This document shows positions 1-9,754 of a stretch of DNA of 64,000 nucleotides, piece by piece (within the stretch, counting starts at the first letter, position 1; each line of letters opens with the position of its first letter). The position numbers were made by a program, and so were the translations under genes. This DNA is from Candidatus Omnitrophota bacterium (GTDB taxonomy: Bacteria; Omnitrophota; Gorgyraeia; Zapsychrales; Zapsychraceae), in the NCBI GenBank assembly GCA_050250375.1, contig JBFWOS010000002.1, positions 374,345 to 438,344 on the forward strand. The letters run 5' to 3'. Under the pieces are notes generated by a model. That model was not told where the DNA came from. It did not search any database and worked only from the letters and a program-made list of their open reading frames with translations.

Positions 1-173
1 GCGGAACTACTTGCGCGGTTGTTTTAGGTATATGAGTAGATGAGTGAAGCGAAAAAGAAGTGTAAAGTTAAAGGTTTAACGTTTAAAACTAAAGTGTTAA
101 TAAGTTAAGATTTTTTTATCGGTTTCATTTTAAACTTTTCACGTTAAACTTCTTGTTTTTAACCATTAAGAAT

Positions 174-1289
174 ATGATCCGTATTTTATTTATAATTTGG
201 TCTCTCGAACGCGGCGGCGCGGAACGGTTTTTAGCCGGATTGCTGGAGCATATGGACCGGACCCGTTTTGACCCGGTCCTGTGCTGCATGAACTGGAAAG
301 GGGAATGGGCAGAACCGCTGGAGAAAAAAGGGATAAAAGTCATCGCGCTCAACAAAAAAAACGGGATTGATTTGAAAGCCTTTCGGGCATTAGTCCGTAT
401 TATTAGAGAAGGGCGGTTTCAAATTGTTAATACCCATTTGTGGCTGGCTGATGTGATGGGCCGTGTGGCCGCAATTCTTTGCGGCGTACCGGTGATCATA
501 ACGACCGCTCAGAATGTGGATGTTTGGAAGAAATGGCATCACCGCCTGGTTGACCGGATCTTATCTTATAGAACGACAAAAATGATCGCCGTATCCAATG
601 CCGTAAAAGAATATTACCATCGCCAGGTCGGTTTTCCGGCGGCTAAGATTGAGGTTATACCGAACGCGATTGATGTATCCGCTTATGAGGATGCGGGGGA
701 TGTAACCTATCTGCAGAAAGAATTCGATCTGAAGCCGGGAGATTTTGTGCTGGCCTGCATCGGCCGGCTGAATTTACAAAAAGGGCATAAATATCTTCTT
801 GAGAGTTTAAAAGAAATATATAATGAAATGCCTGATTTGAAGGTTTTAATCGTGGGGGATGGCGAAGAACGGGACAATTTGAAACGAACCGCTGAAAACG
901 ATGGGATTATGCCGATGTTGCGATTTACCGGACAGCGCAAAGATATCCCGCAGGTCTTGGCATTATCCAAGGCGCTTATTTTGCCGTCGATTTTTGAAGG
1001 ATTGCCGTTATGTGTGCTGGAGGCGATGGCATCGGCCCGTCCGGTGATCGCGACCGATGTCGGCGGCACAAAAGAATTGGCGGTTGACGGCCAAACGGCA
1101 TTTATCGTTGAACCGAAAAGGCCGGAGTTGTTATCGGAAGCGGTCAGGCGGTTACGCGCGCTTCCTGATCAAGGCCGGCAGATGGGGATCAACGGGCGTG
1201 AAATCGTCAGACGAGAATTTTCGATTTCGACGATTACACGAAAAACATCAGATATGTTTGAACATTTAGTTGAGGGTGTCAATGTTTAA
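174..1289 (+). CDS. GT4-family (GT-B fold) glycosyltransferase
   Basis: N-terminal RILFIIWSLERGGAE and C-terminal EGLPLCVLEAMASARPVIATDVGG motifs typical of group-1 glycosyltransferases. ORF track starts at 153; I prefer the in-frame ATG at 174 (MIRILFII), which puts the conserved GGAE motif at the usual distance from the N-terminus. Confidence 0.78.
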   Translation: MIRILFIIWSLERGGAERFLAGLLEHMDRTRFDPVLCCMNWKGEWAEPLEKKGIKVIALNKKNGIDLKAFRALVRIIREGRFQIVNTHLWLADVMGRVAAILCGVPVIITTAQNVDVWKKWHHRLVDRILSYRTTKMIAVSNAVKEYYHRQVGFPAAKIEVIPNAIDVSAYEDAGDVTYLQKEFDLKPGDFVLACIGRLNLQKGHKYLLESLKEIYNEMPDLKVLIVGDGEERDNLKRTAENDGIMPMLRFTGQRKDIPQVLALSKALILPSIFEGLPLCVLEAMASARPVIATDVGGTKELAVDGQTAFIVEPKRPELLSEAVRRLRALPDQGRQMGINGREIVRREFSISTITRKTSDMFEHLVEGVNV

Positions 1290-4200
1290 GAAATTATTAT
1301 TTATTGCATTTATTTGGTATTTGCCATTGCAGTTAAAACTGCCTAATTTCCCGATCTTCCCGATGATCAATATTTTATTTATATTGTTAACGGGAGTCTT
1401 TTTAAGTTCGCGAAACGAAAAATTTGTCCGGCCCAGATTTGAGACACCGTTAATGTTTTTTCTAATTATATGGATGTTTTCTTTTGTATACGCGTGTATG
1501 TTCACGGATGGCATGCCGCGAGTTGAAATTGCCCGTGAATTTAAAAGGCTTTATTTATTGCCCTTGGGATACTTTATACTCTCAAGATGCATCACGGATA
1601 AAAAGGAAATTCCATTTTATTTTGCGGCCTTTCTTTTATGTCTTGTATTTGCTGGGCATAATACTTTACGTAATGGGGTTCTTGCCGGCGCGAATTATGC
1701 AATCCATAAAAGATCTTCCGGGCCTTTCGGGACGGACTGGCAGGCTTCGGATATAGCCGGAGGTTATATTGCTACCTTTACGCCATTGTTGGTTTCCTTT
1801 TTCTTTTTTTCTCGTCAACGTATGAGTAAATTATTAAGCGCAGTTGGTGTCGGTGCTTGTGGTCTTGGTTTGATGGCGACGTATTCCCGTGGTTCCATGA
1901 TGGCGTTACTCTTTGCTTGTATTGCTATTGTTATTGTGGGAACAAATGAACTTGCCAAGGAATCAAAGATTAATTTTTTGGTGATTATTATAGGATTGGT
2001 GGTTGGTTGTGTTTTTTGGAAAGCATGGGTTCCGCAATCGATAATTGCCAGGGTTGAAGGTACTATAGAATTGGATGACGAAGAAAAGGATTATTACGAT
2101 TATTCATTAACCGATGATGAAGGCGATAGTGTGCTGGATCAGAGTTCTCAATTGCGGATGAAAGCGTGGAACGAAGGGCTTCAATTCTTTATGGACAATC
2201 CTCTTACTGGAATCGGATTCCGACAAGTACAGTTTCAATTAGGCCATGACCCACACAACACTTTTGTTCTGATTGCCTCAGAAATGGGTGCGGTTGGATT
2301 TCTGATATTTGTCTGGCTTATATTCAGTGTTATGGGGCATGGGTTTAGATTAATGGGAACGGAATATAATAATCTTGCTGTAGGAACAGTCGGGATGATG
2401 GTTGGATTTATCGTGGTGAATTGTTTTTATTCTAATTTTTTCCGGGATAACGTTGCGGGCAGTTTTTGGGTAATACTGGCTATTATAGCAGCTGCCGATA
2501 ATTTCAGAGATGACCAATCCGATTCAACCAATAATAATTCAGATTTACCTGGAAATAAACGACAGACCTACGCGGAGTATCGTAAAAAATACTTAAAAAG
2601 CGTGTTGTTTATCTTTTTTGTGTTTTGTTTTACATCGTCTGCGATGGCCAGCGAAGTTAAAATTGAGAGATGGTGGTCTGAAAAGAATGTTTCACATTTG
2701 AGTGTACTAGATGATTTAAAGCCAGGATTGACTGGCGAGATATATTATGTTGATGGATTAAATGGAAATGACAACAATTATGGAAATTCATTGAAGTTCC
2801 CTTTTAAGAATATAGGTCGGGGAATTCAAAATTTAAAAGCCGGAGATATATTATTAATTAAAGCGGGTATTTATAAGGAAAAACTTTGGATTCAAACCGC
2901 TGGAACTCCTGAAAAACCTGTGATCATTGGTCCATATGGTGATGGTGAAGTCATTCTTGATGCTTCACTTGAAATAGACTCGTGGCAACCTTATAAAGGA
3001 AATATTTACAAGGTCAGTTGCAGTAAAGAAGTAGGTGCTGTGGTCATTGATGAAAATCCATTATTTCCAAATTATAATTTATATGAGCTGTCAGAAAATC
3101 AATGGTATTACGATATTGCTAACAAACTTTTGTATGTCTACCTTAAGAATGGCGAAAATCCAAATAATCATCCTGTAGGTGTCGTCGAATATTCAAAATA
3201 CAATCATGCGGTTTTTCTTAATGGTGCCCGCCACGTCTTTCTTTACGGGTTGACAGTGCGCTACGCGGGAGGTAAAGGAATTGAGATTTTAGGCCCGTAC
3301 AATCGGATAGAGCAGTGCAATATCAAGTTTAATGCGGCGCACGGCATAGGTATGTTTCGTTATGAAAATCAACATTCTGATTACACATCAGTTGTTAAGA
3401 ATCACGTATATCATAATTTTTTAATCAATTGGCCCAGAGGGCGTTGGCCATATAAAAATGGCGGGTGGGGAATGGGCATCGCCGGTTCTGCCAGTGAAAA
3501 TGGAGTGATCACCGGAAACGTTGTCCATAAGAACGGAGGAGAAGGTATTGGCGTTCCAGTTGTCGGAGGGCAAGTAATTGATAATATTGTGTATGATAAC
3601 TGGAGTGTGAATATTTATTCAGACAGTTCTTCAAAGGCAATTATTGACCGGAATTTAATCTATTGTGAAGATATAGATCCGGCGGACTTAACAAATAATA
3701 AGGATGAAAGACCTTGGGATGGCAGGAGCCTTAAACGTTTGAGAGCCGAGGGAATTATGACGGCGGATGAAGATGAGCCTGCGCTAAGCCATGATCTAAA
3801 AATAACAAATAATATCATCATAGGTTGTAGGAAGGGGGTTTCGCACTACGGCCCTGCTGCTTGGTCCGGATTGAAGGATGTGCTTGTTGCACATAATACG
3901 ATTATTTTGCCAGATGCAGACGGAATTTGGGAAGATTTTGTCGGAATTAATGTCCCATGGAATGAAGGCAATAACGCCGGGACCGTTTATCGGAATAATA
4001 TTGTTTATGCAACTCACAAAGATACATTGTTGGTTAACGTGGCGCATGATCCGTTATACAGAATTGAACCATTCCATGGGATTGCATTTGATCACAACAT
4101 TTGGTATCACACATCTCGAAAGAAACCATTTTATTTTGGGATCCCGCTGATAACCTTTTTTCAGGATTATGATTTTAAAGGCTGGCTGAAACGGGGGGAG

Positions 4201-4404
4201 GATAGAGATATTGATCGTGATAGTCAATATAAAGACCCTATGTTTGTTAATCGTATAGGTTTTACGGCAGAGTCCGTTAAACTCATGAAAAATTCACCGG
4301 CTGTGAATTCAGGAAAAATTATAGAGGGGCTTAAGACCGATTATATGGGAAATCCCAGGGATGAACGGCCTGATATCGGGGCGTTGGAGGTCATGTTCCA
4401 GTGA
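1282..4404 (+). CDS. O-antigen ligase / Wzy-like polymerase membrane domain (exosortase-associated O-ligase-like) fused to a C-terminal right-handed parallel beta-helix (pectin-lyase-fold) domain
   Basis: About 420 aa of polytopic membrane protein with a Wzy_C-like core (SRGSMMALLFACIAIVIVG, and so on). This is followed by about 600 aa with repeated NxxGxGIxV / NGGEGIGV beta-helix rungs. ATG at 1282 is preceded by GAGGGTG; the ORF-track TTG at 1270 is less likely. Confidence 0.7.
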   Translation: MFKKLLFIAFIWYLPLQLKLPNFPIFPMINILFILLTGVFLSSRNEKFVRPRFETPLMFFLIIWMFSFVYACMFTDGMPRVEIAREFKRLYLLPLGYFILSRCITDKKEIPFYFAAFLLCLVFAGHNTLRNGVLAGANYAIHKRSSGPFGTDWQASDIAGGYIATFTPLLVSFFFFSRQRMSKLLSAVGVGACGLGLMATYSRGSMMALLFACIAIVIVGTNELAKESKINFLVIIIGLVVGCVFWKAWVPQSIIARVEGTIELDDEEKDYYDYSLTDDEGDSVLDQSSQLRMKAWNEGLQFFMDNPLTGIGFRQVQFQLGHDPHNTFVLIASEMGAVGFLIFVWLIFSVMGHGFRLMGTEYNNLAVGTVGMMVGFIVVNCFYSNFFRDNVAGSFWVILAIIAAADNFRDDQSDSTNNNSDLPGNKRQTYAEYRKKYLKSVLFIFFVFCFTSSAMASEVKIERWWSEKNVSHLSVLDDLKPGLTGEIYYVDGLNGNDNNYGNSLKFPFKNIGRGIQNLKAGDILLIKAGIYKEKLWIQTAGTPEKPVIIGPYGDGEVILDASLEIDSWQPYKGNIYKVSCSKEVGAVVIDENPLFPNYNLYELSENQWYYDIANKLLYVYLKNGENPNNHPVGVVEYSKYNHAVFLNGARHVFLYGLTVRYAGGKGIEILGPYNRIEQCNIKFNAAHGIGMFRYENQHSDYTSVVKNHVYHNFLINWPRGRWPYKNGGWGMGIAGSASENGVITGNVVHKNGGEGIGVPVVGGQVIDNIVYDNWSVNIYSDSSSKAIIDRNLIYCEDIDPADLTNNKDERPWDGRSLKRLRAEGIMTADEDEPALSHDLKITNNIIIGCRKGVSHYGPAAWSGLKDVLVAHNTIILPDADGIWEDFVGINVPWNEGNNAGTVYRNNIVYATHKDTLLVNVAHDPLYRIEPFHGIAFDHNIWYHTSRKKPFYFGIPLITFFQDYDFKGWLKRGEDRDIDRDSQYKDPMFVNRIGFTAESVKLMKNSPAVNSGKIIEGLKTDYMGNPRDERPDIGALEVMFQ

Positions 4405-5543
4405 GTATTGATGTAAATAAAATCAAGGTGCTTTTCGTTCATCCCAACAATAAACTCACCGGCCAGGAATTCTCGCTGATTGAGCGGATGAGGGCGTTAA
4501 GAAAGTTCGATGTGTGGTGCGAATTGCTTTTGCCGGAAGAAGGGGATTTCAGCCGGCTGGTGGGCGAGAATGATTTTCCGATCCATTATTGCGAGATGGA
4601 CCGGTTAAAAAAGTTAAATCCGTTTCCGTATTTAAGAACTCTGAAACGGATCCATAAAATCGTTGCCGACCACAAACCAAGCCTGATTCATTGTTCGGGA
4701 ATATATCCGAACCATTTCTGCCTTCCGGTCGCGCGCTTTAATAACCTGCCGATTATCGGCCAGGTGACAACGGATGTTTACAATGAATACGATATCAGCT
4801 CTAACTTCGTCAAGAAAATGGATTTGATCATCACCTGTTCGCTGGCCGCCAAACATCATCTGGAAAAAATGGTTGAAATCGACAAAGATAAAATTATCTG
4901 TATCTACGACGGTATTTCGGAAAATAACCGGGATTTTTCCAAGGAAGAGATCGGTAAGCTGAGAGAGGAATTCAAGGTGGGGGAGGATGACAAGGTTGTC
5001 GGGCAGTTATCGGAGATCATTCCCCGTAAAGGCTGTGAATATTTTATCGAGATGGCGTACAAGGTTAAACAGTTTTTCCCGAAAGTTAAATTTTTTATTG
5101 TCGGAAAAAATCACGGTGATGAGTATGAAAGAAAACTGCGGGAGCAGATCAGGTCGTTGAAACTGGAGAAAGATGTGATCCTGACCGGGTTCAGAAAAGA
5201 TTATTACGCGTTTTTGCAGATGTTTGATGTCAGTGTGCTGGCTTCCCTGGCTGAAGGATTGGGCCGGGTCATTGTCGAAACACAATATATGGCCAAACCG
5301 GTGGTGGCAACCGCGGTGTCCGGGAATGTTGAGGCGATTGAAGACGGCAAGAACGGTATGCTGGTCCCGCCGCAGAATCCGGAAGAGCTGGCGAAAAAGG
5401 TCACCGAACTTCTGAACGATCCGGAAAAAGGCAGGACGCTGGGCGCCTGCGGTTTTATATCGGCCAAGAATACATTCAGTCTGGCGAAACACGCCAGCAC
5501 CTTAAAAGAAATGTATATCAAATTGTTAAAGGAATATCGATAA
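4401..5543 (+). CDS. GT4-family glycosyltransferase
   Basis: C-terminal GT-B motifs (VLASLAEGLGRVIVETQYMAKPVVATAVSGNVE). GTG start overlaps the upstream stop (GTGA), with GGAGG 11 nt upstream. Confidence 0.78.
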   Translation: MSIDVNKIKVLFVHPNNKLTGQEFSLIERMRALRKFDVWCELLLPEEGDFSRLVGENDFPIHYCEMDRLKKLNPFPYLRTLKRIHKIVADHKPSLIHCSGIYPNHFCLPVARFNNLPIIGQVTTDVYNEYDISSNFVKKMDLIITCSLAAKHHLEKMVEIDKDKIICIYDGISENNRDFSKEEIGKLREEFKVGEDDKVVGQLSEIIPRKGCEYFIEMAYKVKQFFPKVKFFIVGKNHGDEYERKLREQIRSLKLEKDVILTGFRKDYYAFLQMFDVSVLASLAEGLGRVIVETQYMAKPVVATAVSGNVEAIEDGKNGMLVPPQNPEELAKKVTELLNDPEKGRTLGACGFISAKNTFSLAKHASTLKEMYIKLLKEYR

Positions 5544-5564
5544 GAGAGATAAAGGTGACGAGTG

Positions 5565-6263
5565 ATGAATAAAACATCCATATTAATCCCGACAAGATTT
5601 AATAACCGTTGGCCGTTGGAACTGACGTTTCAGACGATCCGGAAATATACAAAATGCCCGTATGAGATCATCGTTGGTGACGCGGGGATGGAGCCCGAAG
5701 CGCTGGAATTCGTCAAGGCGCAGAAGGATGTCCAGATTTGTCCTTGTCCGGATCCGATCCGGCCTAAAGATACGCTGGCCCGGTTTGCCCAATCTCCTTA
5801 TTTAATGTTTGTTCATGACGACATCCAGGTGCTCAAGGATGGTTGGCTGGAGCGCAGGATTGAATTGATGGAATCGGATCCGCGGGTCGGGGTAGTCGGT
5901 GAAATGAGCCACAATTACCTTGAAGGCTGGCGCTGGAAAAGATATTTTACGTTTTCACCGATTCATAAGCGGTTTTTTCCGCTGGGAATGCTGGTCCGCA
6001 AGAAGACCCAGGACCATCTCGAGCTGAAATGGGGGATTGAACGGGGATTTGACACCGGCGGTATTGCGTATCTGCAATTCTATAAACAGAAAGACTGGAA
6101 ATATAAAAAATATTTGTTCGGACAGGATATCAAACATTGGGGGCAGATGACCTGGGTGTTAAAGGAACGCAAACACACAACGCTGAATCTAAAGGAATTA
6201 CAAGATGAACGGCAGGTCAAGGTGAATATGATCAAAGAACTGCTGGCCAAGAAACAATATTAA
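5565..6263 (+). CDS. GT2-like glycosyltransferase (divergent)
   Basis: N-terminal SILIPTRFNN...EIIVGDAG and an HDD motif resemble a GT-A fold, but it is short and divergent. AAAGGTGA RBS lies before the ATG. Confidence 0.45.
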   Translation: MNKTSILIPTRFNNRWPLELTFQTIRKYTKCPYEIIVGDAGMEPEALEFVKAQKDVQICPCPDPIRPKDTLARFAQSPYLMFVHDDIQVLKDGWLERRIELMESDPRVGVVGEMSHNYLEGWRWKRYFTFSPIHKRFFPLGMLVRKKTQDHLELKWGIERGFDTGGIAYLQFYKQKDWKYKKYLFGQDIKHWGQMTWVLKERKHTTLNLKELQDERQVKVNMIKELLAKKQY

Positions 6264-6276
6264 GAATCTGAAAACC

Positions 6277-7215
6277 ATGAATGACATCCGACATCCTTTA
6301 GTCAGTATCGTTACGCCTACCTTTAACCGCAGCCGTTTTATCGATCGTCTGGTTAAAAATGTGCTGGCGCAGACGTATCAGGATTTCGAACTCGTCCTCG
6401 TGGATGACGGATCTACTGACAATACCCGGGAGTTGGTTGACCGGTGGATTAAAGAGAATCCCGGCCGTATCCAATATGTCTATCAGCCGAACCAGGGGTC
6501 GGGAGCGGCGCGTAACAACGGGATTAAACAGGCAAAAGGTAAATATATTGCCTTTCTCGATTCTGATGATGAGTGGACGCCGGACTATCTTGACAAAATA
6601 ATGACGGTATTGGAAAAAGGTGAATTTCAATGGACCGTCACCGGTGCCCGGCGTATCGATATCGGCAAGGACGGCCGTGAGCTGGATACGAAACTGATCC
6701 GTTGTCACCTGCAGGAGTTCAGCCATTTTTTTAAACGGGAATTAAACGTATATGAAGCGTTATTGACCGGAAATGTGGTCGGTGAAACTTCACGGATTGC
6801 CGTCCTGAAACAGGCGCTTTTAGCGGTGGGCGGTTTTCGGGACCATTTGAAACTCAGCCAGGATTATGAATTATGGCTGAGGCTGGCCAAAGCCGGCTAC
6901 AAATTGTTTATAACGGATGAACCGCTGGTCCTCTACCGTAAAAGCGTGGACAGCGTCACAAAAACACGCCTGGTTGAAGGTTTGCGTTACGGGTTTGAGA
7001 TCATCTGCGAATACAGCCGGGACGCGGTGAAACTGGATCCGATGTACCGGAAATTTTATGGCGAGAAATTGTGGGGATATGCCCGTGACATTCTTCATCA
7101 GCCGAAGAGGGACTATATTTTGATTCTAAAATGCATGATCAAAAGCTTGATGTTTGATTTTAATCTGACGAGAATATTTTCTTCATTAAATACTAACATG
7201 AATGTATCCAAATGA
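6277..7215 (+). CDS. GT2-family glycosyltransferase
   Basis: Classic GT2 N-terminus VSIVTPTFNRSRFIDRLVKNVLAQTYQDFELVLVDDGSTDNT, with a DSDDE motif. Confidence 0.82.
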   Translation: MNDIRHPLVSIVTPTFNRSRFIDRLVKNVLAQTYQDFELVLVDDGSTDNTRELVDRWIKENPGRIQYVYQPNQGSGAARNNGIKQAKGKYIAFLDSDDEWTPDYLDKIMTVLEKGEFQWTVTGARRIDIGKDGRELDTKLIRCHLQEFSHFFKRELNVYEALLTGNVVGETSRIAVLKQALLAVGGFRDHLKLSQDYELWLRLAKAGYKLFITDEPLVLYRKSVDSVTKTRLVEGLRYGFEIICEYSRDAVKLDPMYRKFYGEKLWGYARDILHQPKRDYILILKCMIKSLMFDFNLTRIFSSLNTNMNVSK

Positions 7216-7979
7216 CCGATGATAAAATTATATTGATGTACCACGGGATTACGGAAGAAGGCTTGATGCCGCCTTCCGAACGTGAGGTCGGCGCCGATCT
7301 TTATGATGTCAGGGTTGAAGACTTTTCCGCCCAGCTTGAATTGATCCGTAAAAAAGGGCTGGGTGTCAAAAAAATCGAAGAGGCCGGCACCAATGACATT
7401 GTCATCACCTTTGACGATGGTGAGTTTAATAATTTCAGTCTGGCCATGCCGTTGTTAAAACAGCACCAGTTCCCGGCGTATTTTTTTGTTATTACCAAGA
7501 GAGTCGGCCGTCCGGGTTATGTGCGGATGGAAGAAATTAAGGAGATGGTAAAGCAGGGCATGATCGTCGGTTCACACGGCATGAGTCATGAGGCGCTAAC
7601 CAACCTGAAAGACACCCTGCTTAATGAAGAACTGTCGGCGTCCAAGAAATATCTGGAACGGAATCTGGGCATTACCATTAATGATCTGTCGATCCCGCGG
7701 GGGTTTTGTAATGACAAGGTGCTGGATATGGCCTACGCCGCCGGTTACAAAAATGTATTTATTTCCGGACGGCCCAAAGACCTGGTCAATACGCTTTGTC
7801 ACAGCCGGGTGGCCGTGAAGAAAAACTGGGATCTTAAGCGGTTTGAGATGGCTTTAGACCGGCAGGTTCCGATTAAGGAAACGCTGACGGAGAAGACCAA
7901 AAATTTCAGTAAGCTTATTTTACGGGAAAACGGATATAACTGGATACGCAGCACATTATTAAAATTATTTAAAGGCTGA
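7212..7979 (+). CDS. polysaccharide deacetylase (NodB homology domain; PEP-CTERM-locus type)
   Basis: ITFDDGEFNNF...VGSHGMSHEAL motifs of the carbohydrate esterase 4 / NodB domain. The position inside an exosortase locus matches the PEP-CTERM-locus deacetylase subfamily. Confidence 0.75.
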   Translation: MTDDKIILMYHGITEEGLMPPSEREVGADLYDVRVEDFSAQLELIRKKGLGVKKIEEAGTNDIVITFDDGEFNNFSLAMPLLKQHQFPAYFFVITKRVGRPGYVRMEEIKEMVKQGMIVGSHGMSHEALTNLKDTLLNEELSASKKYLERNLGITINDLSIPRGFCNDKVLDMAYAAGYKNVFISGRPKDLVNTLCHSRVAVKKNWDLKRFEMALDRQVPIKETLTEKTKNFSKLILRENGYNWIRSTLLKLFKG

Positions 7980-7999
7980 TTCGACAGGATTTAAATCAT

Positions 8000-9748
8000 A
8001 TGGCGAAATTGTTATGTTTGATGAATAACCGCAATGAAGCGTTTCCGCAGAAGGCGGTTGACGCGTTGAGTTACAACAAGGATTGGGAATTCCATTGTTA
8101 TAAAGGCGGCATGGTTTATATGGCCGCGCTGGATCTTCCCTTTAAGAATGTCAGTGATTATTGGCTGGAGGATGATCGTTATGTCCTGATGGTTGATGGA
8201 GAGATTATGTCCTGGAAGGATGAGCCTCAGGATCCTTCAACCGCGCAAAAGCTCCTCAATTTATATCGTTCCAAGGGGCCGGATATGGTCGATTATCTCA
8301 ACGGCAACTTTACTTTGTTCATTTTCGATAAACGGGAAAAATCTTTATGGGTCGCGAACGACCGGATGGGGCTAAGGCCGCTGTATTATTTCGAATACAA
8401 CGGAAAATGTTGTTTTTCATCGGAAGTAAAGGCGTTATTGGCTGATGAGGAATTCCCGGGGAAGTGCAATCTTCAATCAGTCCTTGATTTGCTGACCTAT
8501 GAATACGTCCTGGAAGACCTGACGCTGGTTGAAAATATCTTTGTCTTTCCTTATGCGTCAACCGCCCTGATTGACTCCCGCACGCAGAAACTGGTCCCGC
8601 AGCGTTATTGGGATTTTAATTATCAGCGGGTAGACCAGGCTGAATTGACCGACCGGTATATGGAACAGTATCTGGGTGTGTTCACGCAGGCGGTTGAACG
8701 CACGATGAAAGGGACGTATGCGCCGGTTGGATTGCCGCTCAGCGGAGGCCTCGATTCACGGCTGATTGCCGCGGTCATAGATCGAAGATATTTTCCATTG
8801 CATACATTCACCTTCGGGGAAAAAGGATGTGATGATGTAAAATACGCCCAGAAAATCAGCCGTATCCTGGGTGGAAGTCACCATTATATCCCGATCAAAC
8901 ATGAAGAACTGGGTTCTTTTTTTGAAAAAGGCGTTTCATACAGCGACGGGATGTTTACCTGTCTGCATTATCATTATCTGAATATGACGGATGAACTGGC
9001 CGCGCATGTCAAGATCGCACTCGACGGAATGGCCGGGGATGTTTTTCCCCGCCGGATGTATTCCTATCTTGAGGGGACAGATGTCAACGCCGCCTTTAAA
9101 GCCTTTGATACCTTTGGAGAAAATTTAAGGAGCCGGATTTTTAAGAAAGAATATGCCGGGGATCTTGCAACAGCCCGGCAAAGATTTGACGGGTTATTTG
9201 ACCGTGTGGCCAGGGCCTGTCCGGTGAGCCCGGTTGATTATCTCAATATAACCCAACGGCAGCGAAAGTTTATCAATTACGGCAAGGTCGGGAAACGCAA
9301 TTATGTTGAGATGCGGATGCCGTTTCTCGACTACGATTTTATGGATTTTTGCCTGACGATGCCGCTGGATTTCCGTTTAAACGGCAAACTTGTCAAAAAT
9401 ATTTTCAGGAAATATTATCCGGCCCTGTCCCGCGTTCCGAAGGCTGATGCCGGTCCGCTTTTTCCGAATCGAATTCAGCAGGCGGTTCATTGGAGGATGC
9501 AGGCGTTGAAAACCAAGCTTGGGATCAATTCAAGTTATGCGGATTATAAAAAATATTTCAGGACATTTTTAAAGGGGTTCATCCACGGACAACTTACGTC
9601 CGCAGAATTTAGACGGGTCCCGTATTTCGATCATCAGGAAGTGGGTCAACTGCTGGATGAGCATTTCTCCGGGCAGCAGAATTATGAAAAACAAATCGCG
9701 GCCTTGCTGACTGTTGCCATCTGGTCCAAACAATATTTTAAACAATGA
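8000..9748 (+). CDS. asparagine synthetase (AsnB)-like amidotransferase, exosortase-locus associated; N-terminal Cys nucleophile absent
   Basis: PP-loop SGGLDS motif (LPLSGGLDSRLIAAV), plus RDxxGxxPLYY and SExKAL motifs shared with AsnB. The N-terminus is MAKLLC rather than MCG. Confidence 0.72.
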   Translation: MAKLLCLMNNRNEAFPQKAVDALSYNKDWEFHCYKGGMVYMAALDLPFKNVSDYWLEDDRYVLMVDGEIMSWKDEPQDPSTAQKLLNLYRSKGPDMVDYLNGNFTLFIFDKREKSLWVANDRMGLRPLYYFEYNGKCCFSSEVKALLADEEFPGKCNLQSVLDLLTYEYVLEDLTLVENIFVFPYASTALIDSRTQKLVPQRYWDFNYQRVDQAELTDRYMEQYLGVFTQAVERTMKGTYAPVGLPLSGGLDSRLIAAVIDRRYFPLHTFTFGEKGCDDVKYAQKISRILGGSHHYIPIKHEELGSFFEKGVSYSDGMFTCLHYHYLNMTDELAAHVKIALDGMAGDVFPRRMYSYLEGTDVNAAFKAFDTFGENLRSRIFKKEYAGDLATARQRFDGLFDRVARACPVSPVDYLNITQRQRKFINYGKVGKRNYVEMRMPFLDYDFMDFCLTMPLDFRLNGKLVKNIFRKYYPALSRVPKADAGPLFPNRIQQAVHWRMQALKTKLGINSSYADYKKYFRTFLKGFIHGQLTSAEFRRVPYFDHQEVGQLLDEHFSGQQNYEKQIAALLTVAIWSKQYFKQ

Positions 9749-9754
9749 TTCATT

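Noticed and set aside
125-355. 76-aa minus-strand ORF at the window start
   Set aside because: It overlaps the well-supported GT4 gene on the other strand and has no motif.
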